From Squalus acanthias (taxonomy: Eukaryota): DNA of 64,000 bases. Shown here in pieces: positions 1 through 13,047 of this stretch. The stretch's first letter is position 1, and every line of letters starts with the position of its first letter. Under the pieces are notes generated by a model. That model saw nothing but the letters and a program-made list of their open reading frames with translations, had not been told where the DNA came from and did not search any database. The DNA is taken from contig CM059433.1 in the NCBI GenBank assembly GCA_030390025.1, forward strand, positions 7,752,001 to 7,816,000, given 5' to 3'. A program made the translations under genes and the position numbers.

Positions 1-32
1 GAAGGAGCCGGAGGACTGAACCAGGTGTGGTC

Positions 33-1879
33 ATGGCAGATCCACCCCCCAGAGAGAGAGCCCGAGAGCCCGCAGATTCTCCGATGAAGCATTAGAGGCA
101 TTCGTTTTCGCTGTGGAAAGACGGAGCATGGTGCTCTACCCGGCAATGGCAGGAGGCACTCGCCACAAGTCTTCCGCACCATGTGGAAGGAGGTAGCGCA
201 GCACATCTCGGGCAGCACTGTGGTCCCCAGGACCCACACAGTACAGGAAGAAATTTAATGACCTCACTCAGGTAGTCCGGGTGAGTGAATGCTTCAACAA
301 ATGCTACATACCACCATCTGTACCACAATCTTCACACACTGCCCAAAGCACCACACCCCCAGCACTTACCCACCAACAATCTCTACCTACCAACACTCAC
401 GCCCACATCTCACACCTTGCACACAATGACAGCTATTCAACTATGGCAGGCACATCACCCAAGCACATTGCTCCACACTCACTCACACACTTTCCTTTCT
501 CTTGCAGGCCAAGGTGGCTCACAAGAAGAGGGAGCAGGAGTGCACAGGCGGGGGACAAGCTGACACCCAACCACTGCCTGCACTGGAGAATCGAATTGGG
601 CGCCAGGTGGTGGGCGCCGTGGCCACTGGTGACGTTGACCCCCCTTGGGGAAAACAACGGTATGTTCATCCCTACTCCTTCTTCTCACATCTCACTTCCC
701 CCTCACCCCACAAGCGTTTTGCAATTTCCAGCTAATCATGCTGTATACATGCATTTCTCCCTTCCTGCCCCCCTCCCCTCACCTTAACCCGACTCTTGTG
801 CCTTTATGCTTTCAGATAATCAGCAAGCACCTGAGCAGCCTGTCCCTGAGGGCACCGTAGAGAGCGAGGCAGGAGAAGAGGAGGAGGAAGAACACACTGC
901 GTCCCTGCATGTCTCACCTGCAGGCACCAGCTCAGATACTGGCACTATGCATTCTTTAGAGGCTAGTATAGTAGCGGGATCTGCACAGGGTGAGGCACCG
1001 GGGACGAGCGGGCTGCAGCAAGGCCAGGGGGAAAGGGTAGCTCGGGGACCAACTCCCCGAACGATGAGTTTGCGTGTGAGTTCTGCTGCACAGGACTCAG
1101 ATGAGATCCTCGATGGGGAGGCCTTTAGAAGAAGGGTGATGGGCATGCACACGGAGATGATGGGTGCAATGGCAAGGGTGCCCAAGAGCCTCTCGGCAAT
1201 GATAAGGAGTGTGGAGGAGTCCACCTCCAACATTGCACAAGGCTCTGCGCACACCGTGGAGCCCATCCTTGGCAGTCTGCGAAGGATGGTAGACTCCCAG
1301 AGACCGTGGTGACCCAGACATGATGCCGCGTGTGATGGGCAATCTGGCAGCTTCCATTGCAGCACAGGTGGAAGCGACGCAACATCTTAGTGTTGTAATG
1401 GAGTCTATGCTTGGTGGCATCCAATCTCATACTGCTCTCATGCAGTCTCAGCTTGATGCCACGCAAGCTCTGACTGCTGCCATCGTGGCTGGGTCTACCA
1501 CCGTCGACTGGGGCTTTCACGGTGTCGCAGCAGGCCAGCAATCTGTGCTCCAACAGATTGCTAGGGGTGCTGAGATGCTGCCCCAGGGGAGTGGCAGTGG
1601 GTCAGTGGAACAGGAACACCTGATGCCCTCTCTCAGGATGACAGCATTCCTGCTCCCACCACTGCCACTCCGCCATTGCCCTTGTTGCTGCCTGTCATCC
1701 AGCCAGGCCAGACTGCTGCTGCCCATGCTGAGGTGGTGCAGTCTACAGCCGGGCCTTCCAGGTCCAGAGCTGGTCGAGGGCGTCCTGCAAGGCCATCTGA
1801 AGTCTCCTGCACGGACACTCAGCAGCCTTCCACCATCCCTGCTGCAGCCACTGGGCCAACACTTCATAGGAGCACTTGA
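33..1879 (+). pseudogene. Harbinger Myb/SANT-like (MSANTD/NAIF1-type) DNA-binding protein, 3 exons, frameshifted
   Basis: Exon 1 (33-280) reads RFSDEALEAFVFAVERR...YRKKFNDLTQVVR. Intron 281-507 (GTGAGT...TTGCAG). Exon 2 (508-659) AKVAHKKREQECTGGG. Intron 660-815 (GTATGT...TTTCAG). Exon 3 is acidic/Q-A-rich and ends near GPSRSRAGRGRP. Several frameshifts and stops. Confidence 0.8.
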
Positions 1880-2090
1880 ATAGGCAAAGGCACAGTAATG
1901 AGAGGCACTAAGGGATTGCACAAGGGTGAATAGTTAATAATTTTGGTGTAAATATGTGTTCACTGATTTTTGATAAATTTATTAATTCAGTTTGGATTCT
2001 TTTATGATGTTTCTCATTTCAGCTTTGTGCTGTGATATGGCCTGTGACCGGGATGGAATGATGGGGATGTGGTGAGCAATGGGGATCTGG

Positions 2091-3005
2091 GGTTTAATGA
2101 AACTTGGAAGTATAGTGAAGAGTGAGGAGGAGAGTGATAGACTTCAGGAGGACATAGACAGGCTGGTGAAATGGGCGGACACGTGGCAGATGAAATTTAA
2201 CGCAGAAAAATGTGAAGTGATACATTTTGGTAGAAAGAATGAGGAGAGGCAATATAAACTAAAGGGTACAATCCTGAAGGGGGTGCACGAACTGAGAGAC
2301 CAGGGGGTGTATGTGCACAAATCTTTGAAGGTGGCAGGGCAGGTTGAGAAAGCAGTTAAAAAGGTTTATGGGATCCTGGGTTTCATGAATAAAGGTATAG
2401 AGTACAAAAGCGTGGAAATTATGATGAACCTGTATCAAACACTGGTTCGGCCCCAACTGGAGTATTGTGTCCAATTCTGGGCACCACACTTTAGGAAGGA
2501 TGTGAAGGCCTTAGAGAGGGTGCAGAAAAGATTTACGAGAATGTTTCCAGGAATGAGGGACTTCAGTTGCATGGATAGACTGGAGAAGCTGGAGTTGTTC
2601 TCCTTGGAGCAGAGAAGATTGAGAGGAGATTTGATAGAGGTGTTCAAAATCATGAGGGGTCTGGACAGAGTAGATAGAGAGAAACTGTTCCCATTGGCAG
2701 AAGGGTCGAGAACCAGAGGACACAGATTTAAGGTGATTGGCAGAAGAACCAAAGGCGTCGTAAGAAAAACTTTTTTACGCAGTGAGTGGTTAAGATCTGG
2801 AATGCACTGCCTGAAAGGGTGGTGGAGGCAGATTCAATCACGACTTTCAAAAGGGAATTGGATAAGTATATGAAGGAAAGAAATTTGCAGGGCTACGGGG
2901 AAAAGGCAGGGGAGTGGGACCAGCTGAAGAGCTCTTGCAGAGAGCCGGCACGGGCTCGACGGGCCGAATGGCCTCCTTCCGTGCTGTAACCATTCTATGA
3001 TTCTG
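2091..3005 (+). mobile_element. CR1 LINE, 5'-truncated (RT C-terminus + 3' UTR)
   Basis: ORF 2079-2873 contains LVRPQLEYCVQFWAPH...LEQRRLRGDLIEVFKI; tail TTCTATGATTCT. Confidence 0.95.
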
Positions 3006-3790
3006 AGTGCTGGGCAGGAGTGTTGGGGTTGCGGAAGGGAGTCATGAGCCAGGTGGAGAGTGGATAGCCCTTGTCTCCGAGCAGCCAGCCGCGAGCTTGA
3101 TGTGGCGGCTGTAAGAGTGCTGACACCCTGGTCTGGCGCAGGATGAAGGCATCATGGCTGATGCCAGGATAGCGGGCATTGACGGTGAGGATTCGCTGTG
3201 CGTGGTCGTACACCAACTGCACATTAAGTGAGTGGTAGCCTTTGTGGTTACGGAAGAACTCAGGATTGTTATGCGGTGCCCGCAAAGCCACGTGGGTACA
3301 GTCAGTGGCGCCCTGCACCATGGGGAATCACGCTATCTTGGCAAAGCCGCATGCATGCTCGATGGGGTAGAAAATTTAGTCCCTTCTCCTACTGTAGAGA
3401 GCCTCTGTGACCTCCCGGATGCAGCGATGGAAGGCAAACTGCGAGATGTTAACTCCTGTTGCAGACTGGAAGGATCCGCTGGCGAAGAAATTGAGGGCGA
3501 CGGTGACCTTGACTGCCACTGGGAGAGCCGAGGTCACCCTGGTCTGAGGCTGGAGGTCTGGTTGCAAAGTTCTGTGACCACCTCCTTGGTGAGGCCGAGC
3601 CTGTTAATGCACTGCTCCCCGCTTAATTGAAGGTAGGAGAAGTGCTCTCGGAATACCCTTGGAGGGTAAGGCCTCCTGTTAAGATGGCCCTCCTCCTCCC
3701 TCTGGGCACATGCTCCAGTCTGTCTCGCTGCCTCCGCTCCCTCCACCGTAGATCCTGGAGGGCGAGGTCGTCTGCCAGTACAGCCCCCAT
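3006..3790 (-). pseudogene. HARBI1-like DDE transposase, frameshifted, C-terminus lost at the CR1 insertion
   Basis: ATG at 3790. Motifs RPYPPRVFR, LPVAVKVTVALNFFASGSFQ, GATDCTHVAL, KGYHSLNVQ, PGISHDAFIL and GWLLGDKGYPL...LMTP are spread over shifted frames. Confidence 0.9.
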
Positions 3791-4528
3791 TAATGTAACC
3801 AAGTGTAGGACTTTGAATCTTTGAACACTAAATGTAGCTATTTTTTAGTTGCCAGAAAACTCCTGATACAAAAAAACCTTGAAATTACTGAATGTAACTG
3901 TTGCAGTGGGTGAAACTAACAAATAACCACTGAAACTGCACTAACCTGACAGCTGCGAGTGATTACCGATGATCCCTTTAAATAACGTCCCTGGAGCCGG
4001 TATCCTGGTGTTGCACGCTAGCTCTCCCTGTCGGTGTTTATTCCAGGCGGTGAGGTAAGTGGCGAGAATCAATTACGTCACGATCTCCCTGGCGTTGACA
4101 TTCCCGGCGATACCGCTAGGGGCTCTCGAGCATTTTCAGGATCACTGCTGCAATTTAAACAGCTAAAACCATGTGGCGTATCAGCACAGAACACCAGTAA
4201 ATTTCCTACTGCTCATCCAGCAAGGACCAGCCTGCCCATTCGGCCATTGGCTTGCAGGGATACCAGGAGCCAAGTGGGAAGATTTCCAACCCTTAAGTGA
4301 CTTATGCGGCTCCTTCAGATTCTATTGGTGAGCCAGGCTGGCTGGTCCACAGTGCCCTGGGGTGCTGGAAAGCTGGTTCCAAATTTACATCACCAGGTGT
4401 GTTATCTTGGAGGGATCTTAAACCCCAGAAGACCCCACTTAACTTCCTTCCAAGGAGGATAGTTACTAGGTGACTAATGGAGAATTGACAACATCGGCTT
4501 GAGCTCTCTCTAGACAGACAGCATGTAT

Positions 4529-5048
4529 CAGGAATACTCTCCACTTGCCTGGATGAGTGCAGCTCCAACAACACTCAAGAAGCTCGACACCATCCAGGAC
4601 AAAGCAGCCCACTTGATTGGCACCCCATCCACTGCCTTAAACATTCACTCCCTCCACTACCGGCGTACCGTGGCTGCAGTGTGTACCATCTACAAGATGC
4701 ACTGCAGCAACTCACTAAGGCTTCTTTGGCAGCACCTCCCAAACCCGTGACCTCTTCCACCTAGAAGGACAAGGGCAGCAGGCACATGGGAACACCACCA
4801 CCTCCAAGATCCCCTTCAAGTCACACACCATCCTGACTTGGAAATATATCGCCGTTCCTTCATCGTCGCTGGGTCAAAATCCTGGAACTCCCTCCCTAAC
4901 AGCACTGTGGGAGCACCTTCACCACATGGACTGCAGCCGTTCAAGAAGGCGGCTCACCACCACCTTCTCAAGGGCAACTAGGGATGGGCAATAAATGCTG
5001 GTCTTGCCAGCGACGCCCAGATCCCATATAAACTAATTAAAAAAAAAT
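4529..5048 (+). mobile_element. 3' fragment of single-ORF CR1-group LINE (family B)
   Basis: EYSPLAWMSAAPTTLKKLDTIQDKAA; matches 22760-23275; AATAAA and A-tail. Confidence 0.9.
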
Positions 5049-5401
5049 CATCTGACTAAATTGAACCAAACAAAACCTCCAAACCCTTGACACTCTGTTT
5101 ATTTTCAGCGTTGTGCTCTGGATTTCTAGTGGAATAAACTGCTTTTATCGTTGTAGCATCCTCATGAATCTTATGAGCCAGTTATGAAACACAGTTCATG
5201 CTGACCTGAAGTGATGTTGTCTTTTTGGCATTAACACAAACGATCCAGTCTAACTTAGTTGCAGAGCCACCCAAAGTATACAAAGAGATAGTCTTACAGC
5301 ACTTCCACTTCACAGTGGCGGCAGCTAAACAAAGTTTTACAAGGCCCCACACGGTCCACTTTGCCGGATTTTTTAACTTTCTTTTTTAATAATGTTTTTA
5401 T

Positions 5402-5800
5402 GACCCAGAAATTCCCGTAGCTCTCTGAGAATATTAAAACTTGGCCGTTGTTGGTGAGCGGAGCCTTCTGCGTGCACGCACGCCTGTGCGCACATGAGGA
5501 GCACTGGTTTCCCTATCCAGAGCGCGGCCTTAGGACCCAACAGCATTTCTGAGGTCTCTCAGACCCAGAGCGCCTTCAAAAAATCGGTCTGAGGACAGCG
5601 TGTGCCGGAGAACGAGACCCCTGTAGGTATCAGTGGCATGTGGGGGAGACGGAGCATTTTTACAAGTCCACGCTGCCAGCGGGAAGCCTCGCCTGAGCTT
5701 GGGTTGGAAAGTTACGGCCAGTAAATGCCTGAATCTCGGACTTGTTCTGCCAGAGGGCGAGACTCCCTGCCAGAAGCAGAGAGCATTAAAAGTAACCCCC
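5402..5800. mobile_element. Degenerate Harbinger-type MITE
   Basis: Starts GACCCAGAAATTCCC, GC-rich body, ends AAAAGTAACCCCC; TIRs degenerate. Confidence 0.35.
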
Positions 5801-6242
5801 ACGGTGTTAACAAGAGAGGATTACATGTGGGTAAAACATACTTGGAATTCTTAACAGCTTAAAATGTAGGATATGACAAATTTACCATTAAATGGATAGA
5901 AGTGATCGGTTACACTATATGCAGCTGCACCACAGCTGCTTTGCTCCATGAGAGTTAAGACGGGGTTAACTCTGTAGCTGCCGAACACCAGAATAACCAA
6001 ATATCACTGAATGTATTCACAACAGTTCCATTGGACGATTTATTAACCCTTCAAGTAGGAGGTTTCCTGGCTTCAAAATCTGGAACTTGGTAGGCCAGAG
6101 TCTGAAGTTATACGAATGCTCATCTCCGATCAGAAAGAGAAAAGTTCCACCAAACCTTCAGCGCGTTCCTCTGTGCTCAACGCCATACAATAATCATTGT
6201 CATGAACAAAACATTTTTTATCCTTCCCTCTATTTGCTAAAG

Positions 6243-6698
6243 AAAAAGAAAGAACTTGCATTTATATAGCACCTTTCTCGACCTCAGGATGTCCGAAAGC
6301 TCTTCACAGTCAATGAAGTACTTCTGAAGTGCAGTCACTGTTATAATTTAGGAAATGCAGCAGTCAATTTGAGCACAGCAAGCTCCCACAAACAGCAATG
6401 AGATAATCTGTTTTAGTGATGTTGATTGAAGGATAAATATTGGGCAGGCACCAGGGAGAACTCCCCAGCTCTTCTTTGAAATAGTGCCACGGGATCTTTT
6501 ACATCCACTTGAAATAGCAGACAGGGCCTGGGTTTAACGTCTAACCCGAAAGACGGCACCTCCGACAGTGCAGCATTCCCTCAGCACTGCACTGGAGTAT
6601 CAGCCTAGATTGTGTGCTCAAGTCTCTGGAGTGGGACTTGAACCAACAACCTTCTGACTCAGAGGCAAGTGGTCTACCCACTGAGCCACGGCTGACAC
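6243..6698 (-). mobile_element. SacSINE1-like Deu-domain SINE
   Basis: tRNA-like head (A/B boxes), Deu core, L2-like tail. Confidence 0.9.
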
Positions 6699-6950
6699 TG
6701 TCTAGCACTTCAATTTTTAATTTCCTTCAAACTCCCATGCCTCCCTTCCCAAATCGCAAACATGCCCAATTCCCTTTTATAAGAGTCCTGTTGTAATCGA
6801 TTTCTCGCATTAGCCAGCATTTTATTGCTAGATCTACTTTTCGTGTGAGGGAAGAAATTATACTTAATTTAATTGTCAGAGATTTTTATTCGAATGTTGC
6901 TATAATTGCCTTATTCCTGCATGCTCTACATCCAGAACAAGGAAGATAAT

Positions 6951-7600
6951 GGCCTGGAATTTGCGGTCAGCGGCGAACCAAAGGCGTTCGCTGCCGCCCC
7001 CGAAGCACGCTTCGCACAAGGATCTCGCGATCTCTGTGTCAAGAACTTCGGGTTTTCCGACGTTGAATTCAAATCACCGGACTGTAGCGGGGATTCCCTT
7101 GCGCGAGCTGCTGTGATGTCAACAAGCTGTCTGAACATCCAATCAAAATGCAGAATTCTCACACAGAGCGAACTTTTAAAAAATGTTAGAGAGAGCAAAA
7201 CAAAGATTGACCCGCTCACACGGGGAAAAGGTACACCTGAAATAAAGATGGACAAAGTTTAAAAAAAATTAAAATGAGTTTTTCAGGCCCATAACCTTTG
7301 TTTAGCAGTCAATATGCTGTTAAAACCCCAGTTACACCTAATGCCTTTGGGTCTAGCTTTTAGCGGGGAATTTAACAGCGTAATTACTGCGGAAGAGCCA
7401 AAGTTTTTGTCAGTTTCCCTGATTTGAGTGATTACACAGATTGCCAGCTCTGTGGCGGGGGTGGGGGGTTGGGGAGGAGGGGGACGCACACCGCAGCCAG
7501 TGTCGGAGCAGTGAACGACAGACCGCAACTTCAGGATTTCCACATTAGGCTGCAGATGCGCCAAGTCCCGAAGTTGCGGTCGGTTTCAAAGGTGGAATGA
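6951..7600. mobile_element. Harbinger-type non-autonomous element (right end degraded)
   Basis: Starts AAT|GGCCTGGAATTTGCGG; internal hairpin GACCGCAACTTC...GAAGTTGCGGTC near 7521-7581. Confidence 0.5.
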
Positions 7601-7609
7601 CAGTGAGCA

Positions 7610-7905
7610 TTTGGAATATTGTGGACACTTTTCGGAGCGCTACCTTCAAAAAGGACACTGCTACACAGGAGAGAGTTCAGAGAAGGAACATTTCTTGGAG
7701 CTCTAACTCTCGAAGCATCCCACATAAAGGTCATAGAATTGAATTTGGATGAAAGAAAATTGAGAAAGGATGTGGACAGCCTTTAAAACGATGAAAGGCA
7801 TAGATAATGTAGTCATTAGCAGATTACTTAAACTGTGATCACAGAACTACAAGATTAACTAGCCTCAAGCCAGACTGGAGATTAAGGAAACATGTTTTCC
7901 CACAT
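7610..7905 (+). mobile_element. Ancient, highly diverged CR1 fragment
   Basis: Traces of YLQKD, ERVQRR, RKLRKD and FKTMKGID in broken frames. Confidence 0.55.
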
Positions 7906-8499
7906 TTTCATTTTGATGTGACTGACATTCTCACACATAACCAACAGCCCATTAGAAGTCCTTAAAAAAAGACACTCCAACTTCACATTCAGCACTTGCC
8001 AGCAATGAGTTACAGATGTTGTCATGCATAGATGGTTACTGCCTGCAAACTGGATATGAATTTAAACACAAAGGGGGTTCGATTTTCGCAGCCTTCGCCC
8101 GGCGCTAATGGGGTATTTAGTGAAAACGGTGGTGCGCTACTTAGCGCCCTGATCGTGCCTCCATTGGCCCCGCTGCCGTTTCGACGGCCGAGTGGCCCGG
8201 GCGCCTGCTGCTGTATCAAGCGGCAACACAATTTAAATATTGAAATAGCGGTTCTATCGCGCAGACAGGATCCCGTTGCAGTTTTCACCGGAATAATTGG
8301 GGCAGCCGTTCAGTGAAGGACCCACTCAGGAAATTGGACGGTAGAGGAAGTAAGGAAGGGGTTTTTAAAGGGATACTCTGAAGTTCACTGCATCATTGAG
8401 AAGATGTGTAAGTAAGCACCGATTGTTGCAGAGCCGTAAATTTAGGAGAGAATTTTTTTTCTTTGTATTTCTGAGTGTTTTGAAACAACTTAGTCCTCT

Positions 8500-9545
8500 T
8501 GAGCATCGGAGAAGTTTTTGGCAACTCCTGTCTGGGTGTTGGAGGAGGAAGAGGAACACGAGCAACAGGTCAGAGAGGGCAAGGCGCAAGAAGGCCAAGG
8601 ACAGGGGTCGACAAAAGCGGCAATATCCACATAACGCGGTATAAACCCCCCCACACCCCACATAACGTAGCTCTATTTCACTAGGGAACAGCATGTTAGG
8701 AGGCTCCCGTTCAGTCGTGAGACTCCCACTGCCCCATGTCACCTGCTGCAGCCAGGCCCGGAGCCCACACTGAGAGGTAGTCATGCCTTGCCTGTGACTG
8801 CCAAGGTCACCGCGGCTCTTCAGGCTACAGCAGGTGCCGTGACGCACATCAGTCAGTCAGTCAGCCTGCGCACCTGCATCGAGCAGGTTTACAGATGCCA
8901 ACTTCAGAAGGGCTGGCCATTTCATCAACTTTGCATTGGATAACAGGAGCCAGCATGAATGGGCTGCTGGCTTTGCAGCCACTGCAGGCTTCTGCCAAGT
9001 GCAGGGAGTCAATCAACTGCACACATGTCGGCATCAGGGCACCTACCTCCCCCCCCCCCCCCCCCCATTGTGCTTGTAGCCTTCCTGAACAATTAAATGT
9101 GCAGGTAGTCGCAGACAATACCCTCAAAACTATGCATGTGTGTGCGTGCCTTCTGGGGAGGTCCATGATGATGCCATACTGCAACAGTCCACAGTGCCTG
9201 CACTTTTTCAGCAAGACCAGGAAGTGAAATGATGGCTGATTGGTGAACAAGGGCTACGCTCCATCTGCAAGGCTCATGACACCAGTTCGATGTCCCCAGT
9301 CTCCGGCCGAACAATAGCCGTGGGAGTGTCCGTGCCATCATTGAGCAGGTCTTTGGAATACTGAAGCAGGTCTTTAGATGCTTGGACCGGTCAGGGGGAC
9401 AGCTGCAATACAGGCTGCCAAGAGTGTCGTGTATGGCAGCAACATGCTGCATAGTTTCGCTATCGGTAGTGGACCGATCCCGGCAATGGAAGGCCTTGCA
9501 GGGCTACAACCAGGAGGAGCTGGAAGAAGGTGGTTAACCTGCAGA
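8500..9545 (+). pseudogene. HARBI1-like transposase relic
   Basis: RQYPHNAV, INCTHVGIRAP, LNVQVVAD and RAIIEQVFGILKQVFRCLDRSGGQLQY in shifted frames. Confidence 0.8.
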
Positions 9546-9859
9546 CCAGCAGCACCTGTTTTATAAAAGCAGGTTGCCAGTCTCTGTTGAACTGAGTGTT
9601 CTGAACCAAGAAGCAGAAGGGCACTACAGTTGGTTTCAGAGAGAAGTCCGAGAACAAGTGATCAACCAGCGATTCCGTTAAATTGTAGCCCCTCCCAAGA
9701 CCTATTAACACCATCTTCTCTTACATCTAGCCCAGTCCTCCCACCCTTCCCAGACAAATTAAATCACTGCATGAGACATACAAATGCCACCACACAATGA
9801 AGACCCTGCAGTTATGAAAGGCTGATTTTCTTTATGAAGTTAACAAATTAACATTCACC

Positions 9860-10250
9860 CAGGCTGACAATGACTCCCAGTGCAGTGCTGAGGGAGTGCT
9901 GCACTGTCGGAGGTGCCGTCTTTCGGATGAGACCTTAAACCGAGGCCCCGTCTGCTCTCTCAGGTGGATGTAAAAGATCCTGTGGCACTATTTCGAAGAA
10001 GAGCAGGGGAGTTATCCCCGGTGTCCTGGGGCCAATATTAATCCCTGAACCAACATAACGAAAGCAGATTATTTGGTCATTATCACATTGCTTGTTTGTT
10101 AGACCTTGCTGTGCGCAAATTGGCTGCCGCGTTTCCCACATTACAACAGTGACTACACTTCAAAAAGTACATCCTTGGCTGTAAAGCGCTTTGAGATGTC
10201 CGGTGGTCGTGAAAGGCGCTATATAAATGCAAGTCGTCTTTCTTTCTTTC
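9860..10250 (+). mobile_element. SacSINE1-like SINE, 5'-truncated
   Basis: Deu core GGAGGTGCCGTCTTTCGGATGAGAC and tail AAAGGCGCTATATAAATGCAAGTC. Confidence 0.9.
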
Positions 10251-11105
10251 AAGTGCTATCCAATAATGTCTCTCTTAAGTGTGCTTTTCCTAACGCTAGT
10301 TCCCCTACATGGCACTGCCCCCTGTGCCTTCAGCATGGCTGGTGGAAGGCTGCTTTGTTGTGATGAGGGTACTGGGGATATTCGTGGTGGGCGACCTCTG
10401 GCAGTACGGCTCAGATAGGGACCGGCTGTAGACGACGCACCTTGGCCGTCTGGCCCAGCTGCATTGGTGGCACCTGTGTGGGCATTGGATGAGGGTCTGA
10501 TGAGGGCTCAGGGACACTGCCATCCTGAGAGAGGGCAGCATTTGGAGCCCCCACAGAACCACTGCCACTCCCATGGGTCTGCGCATCATCTGCTCTCCCA
10601 CTGATCTGCATGAGAGCAGACTGCAGGAGGCCAGTGACCCGATCAAAGTTCCTCTCCATTCGATCCCCACCCCCCCGCCCCCCAGTCCATCAACGCTGCT
10701 GCACAACATTCCCAGGCTGAAGGACACAGTAGAGGCCAGAGCTCCAATGGCAGCAGTTGGCCTTTGATCAAAGCTGCCTTTGGTGGTGACAAGGACTCTT
10801 GCATTGCAGGCCTCACTGCAACTTCCATAGTGGAGACCATACGCTCCATGGTAGACTGCAGAGAACTCATTCCTTGCACCAGAACACCACACATCCTAGA
10901 GGTGGACTCCTCCATACTCTCGACCATGATATGGGCAGCTCCTTGGCAGCTTGTCTGATGCATCCACCACCTGCTGGTGCAATTCCAATATCCTTCTCTT
11001 AAATGCTGGGGCATTAAGGTCTCTATCCCTGTCCTCTTCAGCAATGATTGGACCCTCTAGCCACCTCTGTCTTCTGCTGTCCAATTGCACTACTGCGATC
11101 ACTTA

Positions 11106-11922
11106 CATAAGAACATAAGAAATAGGGGCAGGAGTAGGCCATTTGGCCCTTCGAGCCTGCTCCGCCATTCAATGAGACCATGGTTGATCTTCTGCCTCAA
11201 CTCCATTCACCGGCCCTATCGCCATATCCCTTGATGCCCTTACTAGTCAGAAATCTATCGACTTCTGTTTTGAATATACCCAATGACTGAGCCTCCACAG
11301 CCCTCTGGGGTAGAGAATTCCAAAGATTCACCACCCTCTGTGTGAAGAAATTTCTTCTCATCTCAGTCCTGAATGGCCTACCGTTTATCCTGAGGCTGTG
11401 GCCCCTGGTTCTAGACTCCCCAGCCAAGGGAAACATTCTCCCAGCATCCACCCTATCAAGCCCTGTAATAATTTTGTATGCTTCAATGAGATCCCCTCTC
11501 ATTCTTCTGAATTCAAGAGAATACAGGCCTAGTTTACTCAATCTCTTCTCACACGACAGTCCTGCCATCCCAGGAATAAATCTCGTGAACCTTCGTTGCA
11601 CACCCTCTATGGCAAGTATATCCTTCATTCGGTAAGGAGACCAAAATTGTACACCGTGACATGAATCTTGTCATTCATGTGGAAATGACTTATGAAATAA
11701 TACTGGGCGGCCTGCTGGTGGCGCTGTCCAGGGAGAGTATAAATACTCGGGCATGGGCCCAGCTTGCTCAGGACATTCTTTAACAGGAACTAGTGAAGGA
11801 CACAACTAGATCTCCATGTTGAAAAACAGTTGATTAAAGCTTTGTTTAATGCTTAGACCAAGTGCCTAGTAGTTTTCTTACGTCACACAGTACTCCAGGT
11901 GTGGTCTCACCAAGGCCCTGTG
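11106..11922 (-). mobile_element. CR1 LINE 3' fragment, split by a solo LTR
   Basis: ORF 11197-11628 is a CR1 RT C-terminus; tail (CTTATGTT)n. Confidence 0.95.
11657..11885 (+). mobile_element. Solo LTR (229 bp)
   Basis: TGACAT...ACGTCA termini; 5-bp TSD CACCG/CACAG whose removal restores the CR1 sequence; internal TATAAA (~11738) and ATTAAA (~11833). Confidence 0.7.
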
Positions 11923-12212
11923 ATGTGAACTTCACCCTGTGGAGGCCCCTCTAACTCACCATCATTCCCACGCGGATACTGATCTCTGGGCTGGTGCGTG
12001 CTGAGGTCTGAGGGGGGTGACAGTGCAGGCTGGTGATACTGGCTCGGCTTGTCTTCTTCTAGAGGGCCTAATTCTGCAGAGGGACCTGGAAGCAGAAAAA
12101 AGGATGAATGAACAGCAAGTATTGTCAGGTTAGGGAGCCTCATACATGTGGAAGTGGCGAAGCAACCACAATTCGGGAAGCTTCCTGAAAGAGATGCACA
12201 TCAAGCATAAAT

Positions 12213-12730
12213 AGGAGTGTGATGGAATACTCTCCACTTGCCTGGATGAGTGCAGCTCCAACAACACTCAAAAAGCTCAACACCATCCAAGACAAAGCAG
12301 CCCGCTTGATTGGCACCCCATCCACCACCTTTAAACATTCACTCCCTCCACCACCGGCGTACCGTGGCTGCAGTGTGTACTATCTACAAGATGCACTGCA
12401 GCAACTCGCCAAGGCTTCTTCGGCAGCACCTCCCAAACCCGCGACCTCTTCCACCTAGAAGGACAAGGGCAGCAGGTGCGCGGGAACACCACCACCTCCA
12501 AGTTCCCCTCCAAGTCACACACCATCCTGACTTAGAAGTATATCGCCGATCCTTCATCGTCACTGGGTCAAAATCCTGGAACTGCCTCCCTAACAGCACT
12601 GTGGGAGTACCTTCACCACACGGGCTGCAGCGGTTCAAGAAGGCGGCTCACCACCACCTTGGGCAACTAGGGATGGGCAATAAATGCTGGCCTTGCCAAC
12701 GACGCCCGCATCCCATAAACGAATAAAAAG
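12213..12730 (+). mobile_element. 3' fragment of LINE family B
   Basis: MEYSPLAWMSAAPTTLKKL...; same tail as 23160-23275. Confidence 0.9.
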
Positions 12731-13047
12731 AAAGGAAGAGAAGAGAACCAATCACAGACCCTGCTGACCTGGTCCTCCCACCTCTCCATCTTCAGGGCTC
12801 GGAGAGGCCTGTGCCCTGAACGTCCAGGGCTTCCGGGTCCATTGAAGTCAGGACTTGGATGCGATCAGGCCCTCTGCCTATTCCTGCCTGCTCGCATTGC
12901 GTGCCAACCTATCCTTCAGAAAGAAGGGGAGCTGATTGGTGAGTGGGTCCGTGTGGGGCTTGAGATTTGTTGTGAGACATGCCGATGTATGACATTGAAC
13001 AAACAGTGGGCAGAATGGGGAGGTGTTACAGAGCAGGAAAGTGATAT

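Larger units (their letters stand above)
1..4210. mobile_element. Decayed PIF/Harbinger DNA transposon #1 (left end outside window)
   Basis: Convergent Myb/SANT gene (+) and HARBI1-like transposase (-), the standard Harbinger layout. Right end approximate (AAATTTCCTAC near 4200-4210). Confidence 0.85.

Noticed and set aside
3006..3790. Domesticated host HARBI1/NAIF1 genes
   Set aside because: Frameshifts, loss of the C-terminal catalytic region and multiple copies indicate transposon relics.
6049..6101. LKPGNLLL kinase-like motif on the minus strand
   Set aside because: No preceding HRD and no following DFG; likely chance.
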